64,000 nt of DNA from Candidatus Parcubacteria bacterium. GTDB lineage: Bacteria; Patescibacteriota; Minisyncoccia; Phycocordibacterales; Phycocordibacteraceae. Where the stretch lies: positions 150,037 through 214,036 of the forward strand of contig JAXDML010000010.1 of the NCBI GenBank assembly GCA_034666125.1, read 5' to 3'. This document shows, in pieces, positions 1 through 9,240 of this stretch. The position numbers and the translations under genes were made by a program. Under the pieces are notes generated by a model. That model was given only the letters and a program-made list of their open reading frames with translations, was not told where the DNA came from and ran no database searches. The number at the start of each line of letters is the position of its first letter. Positions within the stretch are counted from its first letter, which is position 1.

Positions 1-119
1 TGAACGCGCGCGAGAAGCCGACCGGTTGAATACCGGGAATCAGGGTAGTACGCACTTTTGTTCTCCTCGTTTGAATCCCTCTAGTTCCTATTATAACACT
101 TCCTATACTTTATATCAAA

Positions 120-815
120 TCAGCCTTCGTGCGCCTGCAGCTCGCGTATCGAGCGGTTCCTATGGATGAGCTCGTCATTCCGGATCGACTCGAAGAGCTC
201 GTACTCGCTCCGTACCTGGCGGCCGTAGAAATCGAGGAAATCGGAGGCGAACGGGGTCACCTTGAGGCGCGCCTCGTGGTCCCGGAGGAATTCGTCATAC
301 TGTTCGAACGCATGATTCTCGAACATGAAGTTCAGTTCGAGGGACGCGCGGCGCGAGAACACGTACAGGATATAGAGCGCCCAGAAGTAGAAGAAAGCGA
401 AGATGAGGGGGATAAGGGTGTGACGGATGAAGCTCTCGCACTTCAAGCGCTGCACGATCTGGGACATGAGGACCACATGCAGGGTCTCGTTGTCCTGCGC
501 CATGCGGCTGAAAGCCGAGGTCTTCGCGAGCTCGATGGCCTTCTTCTCGTTGCTGTAGAAGCCGGTGAGCATGGTGTACGAGGCGACCTCCCAGGACTGG
601 TACGGGATGCGCGCGATGACCTCGAGCGCCTTGAACTTCTGGTACGAGGGCTTGCGGCCGTAAAGGAGATTCCCGGAGTTCACGAAGAAACTGCCCAAGG
701 CGCGGGCGATCCACATGGGGCGGTAGCCGTCATAGGCGGCGGCGTATTCGGCCCGCAGTGCGGGGTCGAAAAGCTTCCGATTCAGTTCCTCATGTTCGAC
801 GTGCTCATCATCCAT
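120..815 (-). CDS. Alternative oxidase / PTOX-like di-iron carboxylate protein
   Basis: Spaced ferritin-like ligands LEVIARIPY, DNETLH, FENHAFEQY, IRNDELIH and a central hydrophobic helix match the AOX/PTOX pattern. Confidence 0.8.
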   Translation of the reverse strand: MDDEHVEHEELNRKLFDPALRAEYAAAYDGYRPMWIARALGSFFVNSGNLLYGRKPSYQKFKALEVIARIPYQSWEVASYTMLTGFYSNEKKAIELAKTSAFSRMAQDNETLHVVLMSQIVQRLKCESFIRHTLIPLIFAFFYFWALYILYVFSRRASLELNFMFENHAFEQYDEFLRDHEARLKVTPFASDFLDFYGRQVRSEYELFESIRNDELIHRNRSIRELQAHEG

Positions 816-836
816 GTCGGGTACTGTAGCACGCCC

Positions 837-2498
837 TTATACGTCCTGGATAAGGTATTTTTCGATGTCCACGAACGTGCCGCCGATCTTCTTGCCGGGG
901 TTGAAGAGGTTGTCCGGATCGAAGATGCGTTTGGTCTCCTCGAAGAGACGCACGATGTCGTTGCCGAAGAGCTGGGGAAGATACGGCGTGCGGATGATGC
1001 CGTCGTTGTGCTCGCCGGTCGTGGTGCCGCCGTACTCGATGACGAGCGCGTACACCTTCGGAGCGAGTTCGAGAATGACGTTACGCACTTCGGCGCGCGA
1101 CAGGTCCATGAGCGGGATGATATGGAAATTGCCGTTTCCGACGTGGCCGGCGATCGTATAGATGAAGCGGTCGGCGTACTCGTCGAGCAGTTTGGAAAGG
1201 CGCGGGAGGAATTCGGTATACGAGTCCACGGGAACGACGAAGTCGTCGATGAAGGGCGCGGCGTAGTAGCCGTGGAGGCTTTTCCGGAGGAGCGAGAAGC
1301 TCTCGCGCCGCACGATCCAGAACTTCTCGCTCTCCTCCTCGTTCTTTTCAATGGCCGTGTGGAGGCCGAGGTCGGCAAGCGCAGCCTGCGCCTCTGCGGC
1401 TTTGCGGTCCGCCTCCTCGATGGAGTCCTCGGCGAATTCGGCCATGAGGAGCAGCTTCGGGACGCCTCCCGTTATGACGCTTCCGATCTCCGGGAGGAAC
1501 TCGATGCCGAGGTGGATGGCGCGCGCGAGCCCCATCTGCTTGAGCAGGTCGAACAGGAACCGGATGGCGAGCGTGAAGGTCTTGTCATCGTACGATTCAA
1601 AGGATTCCGGGTTGAAGGGAAGTACGCGGCGCACGATCTCCGGAAGAAGTGCCACGTCAGAGAGAAAGACGACGAGCATCGCGCGATGCTCCTTCGGCTT
1701 CACGAGCCGGAGCTTCATCTTCGTGGTGAGCGCGAGGGTGCCCTGCGCGCCGGTGATGAGCTGCGCGAGATCGAACGTGCCTTTCACCTCATTTTTCACG
1801 TTCCAAAGTGAATAGCCGGCGGAGTTCTTGGAGACCTTCGGTTTGGCGGCCGCGATAGCGTCAGCGTTCTTGGTTAAAAGCTCGTCCATGTCACGGTATA
1901 TCGAACCCTCGAGCGTATCGAGCCTCTTCTTTTCCGCCAGCTCATCGTTCGTGAGCGCCTTGAATGTACTTACAGAACCGTCCGACAGGACGACCTCGAG
2001 CTCCTCGACGTACTCCTCGGTCTTTCCGTACTTGAGCGTGCGCTCTCCGCCGGAGTTGTTGTTCACGATGCCGCCCAGCGCCGCGATGTCGCGGGAAGCG
2101 GGATACGAGGGAAGCATCTGGCGGCCGTGCGTGAGCGTGGCCTTCTCGAAGTCGCGGTAGTAGGCGCCCGGTTCGGCAATTGCATGACCGTCAGTAACCT
2201 CAAGCACCTTGTTCATGTATTTGGTGAACACGGCGACGACCGAGTCGTTCAGCGGCCCGCCCGACATGTCCGTGCCTGCCGAGCGCGCGGTGACGCTTGC
2301 GGGCAGACCGACCTTCTTAGCTTCACCGACCGCCTTCACGAGCGCCGACACGTCCTCCGTATCCTTCGGGAATACCACGACCTCGGGCATGCGCATGAAC
2401 ACGCTCGTGTCGCGGGAGTACAGCAGCCGCGACGCGTCGTCCGCGAGCACGTCGCCGCGCATATCCTTCTTAAGACGTTCGAACAGGCTCATATCCAT
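837..2498 (-). CDS. FAD-linked oxidoreductase (GlcD / D-lactate dehydrogenase family)
   Basis: RSAGTDMSGG FAD loop, GGIVNNNSGG, GHVGNGNFH, TGEHNDG, FDPDNLFNPGK. Confidence 0.9.
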   Translation of the reverse strand: MDMSLFERLKKDMRGDVLADDASRLLYSRDTSVFMRMPEVVVFPKDTEDVSALVKAVGEAKKVGLPASVTARSAGTDMSGGPLNDSVVAVFTKYMNKVLEVTDGHAIAEPGAYYRDFEKATLTHGRQMLPSYPASRDIAALGGIVNNNSGGERTLKYGKTEEYVEELEVVLSDGSVSTFKALTNDELAEKKRLDTLEGSIYRDMDELLTKNADAIAAAKPKVSKNSAGYSLWNVKNEVKGTFDLAQLITGAQGTLALTTKMKLRLVKPKEHRAMLVVFLSDVALLPEIVRRVLPFNPESFESYDDKTFTLAIRFLFDLLKQMGLARAIHLGIEFLPEIGSVITGGVPKLLLMAEFAEDSIEEADRKAAEAQAALADLGLHTAIEKNEEESEKFWIVRRESFSLLRKSLHGYYAAPFIDDFVVPVDSYTEFLPRLSKLLDEYADRFIYTIAGHVGNGNFHIIPLMDLSRAEVRNVILELAPKVYALVIEYGGTTTGEHNDGIIRTPYLPQLFGNDIVRLFEETKRIFDPDNLFNPGKKIGGTFVDIEKYLIQDV

Positions 2499-2585
2499 GG
2501 ATGCAGTATAGCTTCCGTAAGCGGTTTCCTAAGCATGGGAAAGCGGCAGTTGTTCCGCATGACCAAAGATGGGATAGTAAGAGGC

Positions 2586-3289
2586 ATGAAATCTCGGGGG
2601 GGGGGGGGGTACCACATGGTAAGAGCTCGCTCGCTGACTACCAGCGGTTCGTAGATGCCCTGTACGGTCGCAATAACCAGAGGCATTTCACGACCGATGA
2701 GATGCTCATCAATATCAACCGCTTTACCGGACGGGGACTGAAGGGCATCCGCAAGGGGGATGCCGGGAAGACCGTCAAGAACCTGACCATCGCGCTGAAC
2801 TGGACCTGTTCCCTGGCGAACCAACTCGATATCGATCTGGAGAAACAGGTATGGGAGCGCTTCCCGTATCTCTGCCTCTATTGCGGAAGCTGCCCGTGCG
2901 CGTGCAGGCTCCGGAAGGCGAAGAAACGGATGACGAAAAAGACGTTCGCGCACTCGCAGCCCCGTACCCTCCGGGGCCTCCAGGACATGTTCGGCGACAT
3001 CTACCCGCCCGCATCGCGCACGCTCGAGCACGCGGGCATCCACCTCGCCGAGGAAGTAGGCGAGCTCTCGGAAGCCGTCATGGGCTTTCGCGGTCGGCAT
3101 ACCCAGAAGGATTTCGAGAACATCAAGGTCGAAGCGGCGGATGTCTTCTCCTGCTTCATGGGCATCTTCAATTCCCTGAAGTTCGACTATCACGAGTACC
3201 TTATCAGCGCGCATGCGAACGGATGCTATTCCTGCAGGCATCTGCCGTGCACCTGCGAATATCGTTTCGTGATGAGCTTCAAGTCCTAA
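2586..3289 (+). CDS. Tandem MazG-like NTP pyrophosphohydrolase with Cys clusters; 5' end crosses a G14 tract (start uncertain)
   Basis: HLAEEVGELSEA...EAADVF motif; CLYCGSCPCAC and CYSCRHLPCTC. ATG2586 has an SD-like AGAGG but is out of frame at G14; in-frame alternatives are ATG2501 and ATG2702. Confidence 0.7.
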
Positions 3290-3291
3290 TT

Positions 3292-3320
3292 TTTACAAAT
3301 GAATCCGGAGCGCCTATAAT
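3292..3320 (+). promoter_or_regulatory. sigma70-like promoter
   Basis: TTTACA-17 bp-TATAAT. Confidence 0.6.
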
Positions 3321-3366
3321 CGGAAAAGACGCGTTCACCGCCATTCATGGCATGGGGAGATTTGAC

Positions 3367-4050
3367 ATGATCGTTGCTCAGGAAGCGATTGGAAGGGCAG
3401 TGATGCCCATGCCCGGCCGTTCTCGGCCAAAGCGGAAAAGATATTCAAGCGGCACGAAAAGCACTATCCTCGTATTCGATCAAGCGATCGGCGCGCCGGT
3501 CCGCAGAAACGTGCTCGACGTCCTCGACGAGATGCTTCTCCTGTATCGGAAAGAGGAGAGCTCGTACCTGGAGATCGCCGCCAGATTCCGCCTGCGGCGT
3601 GCGTTCGTGACGTCCCTATTCGCTCTTCGAAGACTGGTACCCGCAGTGCGCAAAATGCTTGCGGCGTCCACGCGCTACGTCGACCGCCTGAGCCTGATCG
3701 AGGCCAGGTATATCTCCGGATTGCGTCCGAAGCTGCAGGCTAAGGTGGCGGCACGGGTCCTGTCCGGGGAACTGTCCTTGAAGGACCTCGGCGACCTTCT
3801 TCGGGATCCTAAGAACAAGGCGCCCCATAAGAAGATCTCGCAAGGGAGACGGTCCCGAAAGGTGCCGTACGACCTGATGCGTAGGGCGCACAGGAAGATC
3901 GCCGCACTCGAACGCGAGGCCGATGCGCTCGCGGAAGTCATGGGCGCTATCAGCCAGCTCAAGCCGGCCAATTCTCATGATGCGCAACAGCTCCTCGAAG
4001 GGATACGGCTTCGCGTGCGCATGAAATTCGAAAGCCTGGGCGCGGAGTAG
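3367..4050 (+). CDS. ParB/Spo0J-type HTH protein lacking the N-terminal ParB domain (start uncertain)
   Basis: SYLEIAARFRLRRAFVTSLFALRRL...LSLIEARYISGL...VLSGELSLKDL resembles the Spo0J central DNA-binding domain. Confidence 0.5.
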   Translation: MIVAQEAIGRAVMPMPGRSRPKRKRYSSGTKSTILVFDQAIGAPVRRNVLDVLDEMLLLYRKEESSYLEIAARFRLRRAFVTSLFALRRLVPAVRKMLAASTRYVDRLSLIEARYISGLRPKLQAKVAARVLSGELSLKDLGDLLRDPKNKAPHKKISQGRRSRKVPYDLMRRAHRKIAALEREADALAEVMGAISQLKPANSHDAQQLLEGIRLRVRMKFESLGAE

Positions 4051-4150
4051 GGCCTGAACCTGAAGAGAATGGCCGGCGCGCAGGGCGCGCCGGCTGTTTC
4101 TTATCTATCCAACGCTACTCCTAAAAGTTTTTGTTGTATACTGCTCTTTC

Positions 4151-5086
4151 ATGAATTCGACTGCGCCGGCCATCCTCATCAAGGACGTGAGGAAGACGTA
4201 CGACCTCGAGAAGGGCGGGAAGACCGAAGCCCTGAAGGGCGTTTCGCTTTCTATTCCGCGAGGCGAGTTCTTCTCGTTGCTCGGCCCGAACGGGGCGGGA
4301 AAGACGACGCTCATCAGCATCGCGACCGGACTCGCCAACAAGACGAGCGGTACGGTCGAGATCGAGGGAGTATCGATCGACGAAGATCCGTCGAAAGCCA
4401 AGACATTCATCGGTCTCGTCCCGCAGGAGATGAACTTCGACATCTTCGAGAAGGTCATCAATATCATCATCTATCAGGCCGGCTATTACGGCATCACGAA
4501 GCGCGAGGCCATGCCATATGCCGAGGAACTCCTGAAGCAGCTCGGGCTCTGGGAGAAGCGCAACGACAAAGCGGAAACGCTCTCGGGCGGCATGAAGCGC
4601 CGCCTCTTGATCGCCCGCGCGCTCATACACAAACCGGCGATATTGCTGCTCGACGAGCCGACGGCCGGAGTCGATGTAGAGCTACGCCGTGGCATGTGGG
4701 ATTTCCTGCGGGAATTGAACGCCTCGGGAACGACCATCGTGCTCACGACACACTACCTCGAGGAAGCAGAGCAGCTTTCCAGAAAGGTCGCCATCATCAA
4801 CAAGGGCGAGATCATCGAGGAGGGCAGCGTAAAGGAGCTTCTCTCGAAACTGAATTACGTGACCCTGCTTGTCGACACGGTCGAGACAGTCACCGTGGAA
4901 TCGGTGCGCGCGCTCGGCGAGTCCGCAAAGCGCATTGACGAGCATACGATCGAGCTGACGCTCCCGCCGGGCGGCCTGGTGAACGACGCCTTCAAGAGGC
5001 TGTCCGACGCGGATATCAGGGTCGCGAACGTGCGAAACCCGGGCAGTCGGCTCGAGGAGGTATTCCTGCACCTCATCAATAACTAG
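4151..5086 (+). CDS. ABC-2 type transporter ATP-binding protein (YadG-like)
   Basis: GPNGAGKTT, LSGGMKRR, LLLDEPTAGVD. Confidence 0.95.
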   Translation: MNSTAPAILIKDVRKTYDLEKGGKTEALKGVSLSIPRGEFFSLLGPNGAGKTTLISIATGLANKTSGTVEIEGVSIDEDPSKAKTFIGLVPQEMNFDIFEKVINIIIYQAGYYGITKREAMPYAEELLKQLGLWEKRNDKAETLSGGMKRRLLIARALIHKPAILLLDEPTAGVDVELRRGMWDFLRELNASGTTIVLTTHYLEEAEQLSRKVAIINKGEIIEEGSVKELLSKLNYVTLLVDTVETVTVESVRALGESAKRIDEHTIELTLPPGGLVNDAFKRLSDADIRVANVRNPGSRLEEVFLHLINN

Positions 5087-5087
5087 T

Positions 5088-5858
5088 ATGAAATCTCCCG
5101 CACTCATCGGCTACGCCACCATGGTCCGCAAGGACGTCGGACGCATGATCCGGATCTGGGCGCAGACCCTGCTGCCCCCGGTGGTCACGTCCTCACTGTA
5201 CTTCACCATTTTCGGTGCCTTCATCGGGAATCAGGTCCAGCCCATCGACGGCTTCACTTATATGCAATTCATCGTGCCGGGACTCATCATGATGAACATG
5301 CTTACCAGCGCGTATTCGAATACCGTATTCAGCTTCTACTTCGCCAAGTGGACGCATACCATCGACGAGCTCCTCGTGTCGCCCATGCCGAACTGGGTCG
5401 TCATCGCAGGGTTCCTCTCGGGCGGCATCGTACGCGGATTCCTCACCGGTATCCTCGTCACTCTCGTCTCGCTCTTGTTCACGGACCTCGCGCTCACGAA
5501 TATCATAGTGCTTTTTGCGGCAGGGTTCCTGACCGCGCTCGCGTTCTCCATCGGCGGCATCATCAACGCCATCTACGCGAAATCCTTCGACGGCATGACG
5601 ATCGTGCCGACCTTCGTGCTCACGCCGCTCACGTACCTCGGCGGGGTCTTCTACTCGATCGACCTGCTTCCGCCGTTCTTCCGCACGCTCTCGCTCTTCA
5701 ACCCCATCCTCTATATGGTGAACGCCTTCCGCTACGGCTTCCTCGGTATCTCGGACGTGCCGCTCGCGACCTGCTTCGCCGTCATCATCGGCTTCACGCT
5801 CGCCATGTTCCTCTGGGCGATGTACCTCTTCAAGAAGGGCGCGGGGCTGAAACGCTAG
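5088..5858 (+). CDS. ABC-2 type transporter permease (YadH-like)
   Basis: RIWAQTLLPP, YMQFIVPGLIMM, LTPLTYLGGVFYSI; about 6 TM segments. Confidence 0.92.
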   Translation: MKSPALIGYATMVRKDVGRMIRIWAQTLLPPVVTSSLYFTIFGAFIGNQVQPIDGFTYMQFIVPGLIMMNMLTSAYSNTVFSFYFAKWTHTIDELLVSPMPNWVVIAGFLSGGIVRGFLTGILVTLVSLLFTDLALTNIIVLFAAGFLTALAFSIGGIINAIYAKSFDGMTIVPTFVLTPLTYLGGVFYSIDLLPPFFRTLSLFNPILYMVNAFRYGFLGISDVPLATCFAVIIGFTLAMFLWAMYLFKKGAGLKR

Positions 5859-5899
5859 TTTTTGCCGAGTTAGGTTTAGCGCCGTATACTAGGGAAACC

Positions 5900-7147
5900 A
5901 TGCGGCAGAGCCATCTATTCACGAAGACGAGGCGCGAGGCGCCTTCGGACGAGGTGGCCAAGAACGCCCAGCTCCTCATCCGGGCCGGCTATATCCATAA
6001 GGAGATGGCGGGTGTCTACGGGTACCTGCCTCTCGGCCTGCGGGTAGTGGAGAAGATCAAGCAGATCGTGCGCGAGGAGATGGACGCCATCGGCGGCCAG
6101 GAGATGATCATGACATCCCTCCAGCGCAAGGAGCTCTGGGAAGTAACGGGCCGATGGGACGACAAGAACGTGGACGTCTGGTTCAAGTCGAAGCTCGCAA
6201 GCGGCGGGGAGGTCGGCTTCGGCTGGTCGCACGAGGAGCCCATCACCGACATGATGAAGCACTTCATCGGAAGCTACCGCGATCTGCCCGCGTACACGTA
6301 CCAATTCCAGACGAAGCTCCGCAACGAGCTGCGCGCGAAGTCGGGCATCATGCGCGGCCGCGAATTCGTCATGAAGGACCTGTATTCGTATACGAAGGAT
6401 GAGGCCGCGCACGAGGTTTTCTATAACTCTGCGATCGAGGCGTACAAGCGCGTCTTCGAGCGCGTGGGTCTTGGCGACCGCACGTACCTTACCTACGCCT
6501 CCGGAGGCGCGTTCACGGAGTTCTCGCACGAGTTCCAGACCGTATCCGATGTCGGCGAAGACGTCATTTATATACATAAAAGCAAGGGCATTGCCGTGAA
6601 CAAGGAGGTGCTCACCCCGGAAGTCCTCGAGAAGCTCGATATCGAGGAGAACGAGCTTGAGGAGGCGAAGTCCATCGAGGTCGGCAATATCTTCAACTTC
6701 GGCGATACGAAATCGAAGCAGCTCGGTCTTCTGTATCGCGATGACAACGGCGAAGAAAAGCCGGTCATTCTCGGTTCGTACGGTCTCGGCATCACGCGCC
6801 TTATGGGCACACTCGTTGAGGTCTTCGCCGACGACAAGGGCATCGTATGGCCTGAAGCGGTAGCGCCGTTCCGGGTGCACCTGGTCGCGCTCGTCCCTGA
6901 CGGGGTCACGGTGGCGTATGCGGACTCGGTATACGAGGACCTCGTGCGCGCGGGCGTGGACGTGCTCTATGACGACCGCGACGCCCGTGCCGGACAGAAG
7001 CTCACGGATTCGGACCTGCTCGGCATCCCGACGCGGCTCCTCATCGGCAAGGAGACGATCGAGACCGGGAAGATAGAGGCGGTCGATCGCAGGAGCGGGG
7101 AAGGGAAGCGCATCCCGCGCGGCGAGATCGTGGGCGCATTTGCATAG
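5900..7147 (+). CDS. proS: Proline--tRNA ligase (short form, no editing domain)
   Basis: MRQSHLF, LLIRAGYI, KLRNELRAKSGIMRGREFVMKDLYS, IEVGNIF, GSYGLGITR. Confidence 0.95.
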   Translation: MRQSHLFTKTRREAPSDEVAKNAQLLIRAGYIHKEMAGVYGYLPLGLRVVEKIKQIVREEMDAIGGQEMIMTSLQRKELWEVTGRWDDKNVDVWFKSKLASGGEVGFGWSHEEPITDMMKHFIGSYRDLPAYTYQFQTKLRNELRAKSGIMRGREFVMKDLYSYTKDEAAHEVFYNSAIEAYKRVFERVGLGDRTYLTYASGGAFTEFSHEFQTVSDVGEDVIYIHKSKGIAVNKEVLTPEVLEKLDIEENELEEAKSIEVGNIFNFGDTKSKQLGLLYRDDNGEEKPVILGSYGLGITRLMGTLVEVFADDKGIVWPEAVAPFRVHLVALVPDGVTVAYADSVYEDLVRAGVDVLYDDRDARAGQKLTDSDLLGIPTRLLIGKETIETGKIEAVDRRSGEGKRIPRGEIVGAFA

Positions 7148-7149
7148 AT

Positions 7150-8208
7150 ATGGCGCGCGGACTCTCCAAAAGCTCGTTCTTCTCCAGCGACATCGGAGTC
7201 GATCTCGGGACCGGGAACACCCTCGTGTACGTGCGTGGGCGCGGCATCGTGCTCAACGAGCCGTCGGTGGTGACCGTGAACGAGAAGACGGGACAGGTGG
7301 TCGCGGTGGGCCAGGACGCGAAGAACATGCTCGGGAAGACGCCGCCGCACGTACGCGTAGTGCGTCCGCTCGCGCACGGCGTCATCTCGGACTTCGAGGT
7401 GACGCAGGAGCTTCTCGCGTACCTGATTCAGAAGGCGCAGTCGGGAAGCACGAAGCTCTTCGGACCGCGGGTGGTGGTGGGCGTGCCCACGGGCGTGACG
7501 AATGTGGAGAGCCGCGCGGTGCGCGACGCCGCCCTTACGGCGGGCGCCCGCGAGGTCTTCGTGCTCGAGGAGCCGATGGCGGGAGCCATCGGCGCGAAGC
7601 TCCCGGTGACGGAAGCGGTCGGCACCATGGTGCTCGACATAGGCGCGGGTACGACCGACATCGCCGTCATCGCGCTCGGCGGCACGGTGGCCAGCAAGAG
7701 CTCGCAGGTAGCGGGCGACCGGTTCAACGAGAACATTACCGATTTCGTGAGAAGCGAGTTCCAGCTCGCCATCGGCGAGAAGACCGCCGAGGAGACGAAG
7801 ATCGCCATCGGCGCGGTGCTGCCGCTCGATGAGGAACTCGTCCATCCGATCCGCGGACGCGACCTCGCGACGGGATTGCCGCGCGAAGTGATGCTCACGG
7901 ACAGCCACGTGCGCGAGGCGCTCGCGTCCTCGCTCGACAGTCTCATGGAGGCGATGAAGGATGTCATCGAGCATACGCCTCCAGAGCTGCTGTCCGACGT
8001 GCTCGAGCGGGGAGTGACGGTCTTCGGCGGCGGGGCTCTCCTGCGCGGGCTGCCGGAGCTCCTCTCGAAGATGCTCGGCGTGCCGGTATACGTGGCTCCG
8101 GACCCGCTCACTGCCGTCGTGCGGGGTACGGGCATCGTGACCGAGGATCCGGGTCCGTGGGGCGATACTTTCATGCATGAAGAGGCGATCCTACCTCACC
8201 ACGCGTAG
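7150..8208 (+). CDS. mreB: Rod shape-determining protein MreB
   Basis: DLGTGNT, NEPSVV, EEPMAGAIG, DIGAGTTD, GGGALL. Confidence 0.95.
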   Translation: MARGLSKSSFFSSDIGVDLGTGNTLVYVRGRGIVLNEPSVVTVNEKTGQVVAVGQDAKNMLGKTPPHVRVVRPLAHGVISDFEVTQELLAYLIQKAQSGSTKLFGPRVVVGVPTGVTNVESRAVRDAALTAGAREVFVLEEPMAGAIGAKLPVTEAVGTMVLDIGAGTTDIAVIALGGTVASKSSQVAGDRFNENITDFVRSEFQLAIGEKTAEETKIAIGAVLPLDEELVHPIRGRDLATGLPREVMLTDSHVREALASSLDSLMEAMKDVIEHTPPELLSDVLERGVTVFGGGALLRGLPELLSKMLGVPVYVAPDPLTAVVRGTGIVTEDPGPWGDTFMHEEAILPHHA

Positions 8209-8974
8209 GTTCGGCGGCGGGGGAGGCGGCCTGTTCTCGTCCATCGGCAGGCTTGTCGGCGCCCTCGTCGCGCTTTTGATACTCGTGCTCCTGGTCCTGC
8301 GGCTCGCCGCCCCCGGATTGCTTACGTCCCTCGCTTCGCCTTTCCTTCGCACGGGACAGGCTTTGACTGAGGGGGTAGGGAGTTCGATGACGCTTGATTC
8401 ACGCAGTTCTCTTATAAAGGATCGAGAGCGGCTCATACGCGAGAACGAGGCGCTCAACGTACAGAACGCGACATTTGCCGCACGCGTTGCGGACCTCCAG
8501 CGTCTGCTCGGGAACCGCACCGAACGCGCGGGCGGTGTGCTCGCGGGAGTCCTCGCGCGACCGCCGGTGTCGCCGTACGACGTGCTCGTCGTCGACCAGG
8601 GGTCGGACGCAGGCGTCAGGATCGGCGCGACCGCGTACGGCTCGGGCGGAGTGCCGCTCGGAACCGTAACGAGCGCGGATGCGCGCTCCGCTCGCGTCAC
8701 CCTCTACTCCCATACCGGCAATGTCACGGAAGGCTGGGCGGGCGCGTCGCGTATCCCGGTGAAGCTTACCGGCACCGGCGCGGGAGGATTCGATGCGGAG
8801 ATACCGGGGACGGCAGGCGCGCTGGTCGGCGACGAGATATTCGTGCCGGGACCGGGCGCGCTCCCGATCGCCGTCATCACGGAGGTCGTGACGGACCCGT
8901 CGTCGCCGTCGGTCGTACTGCGTATCCGCTCGCAGGTGAACCCTTTTTCCCTGACGTGGGTGACGATTCAGTAG
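8177..8974 (+). CDS. mreC: Rod shape-determining protein MreC
   Basis: N-terminal TM, coiled coil, VVDQGSDAGV; directly follows mreB. Confidence 0.85.
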   Translation: MKRRSYLTTRRFGGGGGGLFSSIGRLVGALVALLILVLLVLRLAAPGLLTSLASPFLRTGQALTEGVGSSMTLDSRSSLIKDRERLIRENEALNVQNATFAARVADLQRLLGNRTERAGGVLAGVLARPPVSPYDVLVVDQGSDAGVRIGATAYGSGGVPLGTVTSADARSARVTLYSHTGNVTEGWAGASRIPVKLTGTGAGGFDAEIPGTAGALVGDEIFVPGPGALPIAVITEVVTDPSSPSVVLRIRSQVNPFSLTWVTIQ

Positions 8975-8975
8975 C

Positions 8976-9236
8976 ATGACGAATCCTCCCAAGTGGCTCA
9001 AGATATTCTTCGCCATATTCCCGTTCGTATCCTTATTCTTCTTCCCGTGGCCGATGACGCTCGTCGCAAGCTTCGCTGCCGGCCTCGTCTTTCCTCCGCT
9101 CGCGCTCGTCGTCGGCATTCTAGTGGATGTGCTCTATAGCCCGGGGACGGGATGGTTCATCGGGGCTACTTCGGGGGTCATACTGTGCGCGCTTTCATAT
9201 GGGGTGCGTCATATAGTGAAAACCCGTATCATGTAG
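8976..9236 (+). CDS. Small membrane protein in the mreD position
   Basis: Hydrophobic 86 aa with GILVDVLY, between mreC and the PBP2 gene. Confidence 0.6.
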   Translation: MTNPPKWLKIFFAIFPFVSLFFFPWPMTLVASFAAGLVFPPLALVVGILVDVLYSPGTGWFIGATSGVILCALSYGVRHIVKTRIM

Positions 9237-9240
9237 GGAA

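Noticed and set aside
129-1811. Long + strand ORF (560 aa) and many similar antisense ORFs across the window
   Set aside because: They are shadows of well-supported opposite-strand genes in high-GC DNA and have no motifs
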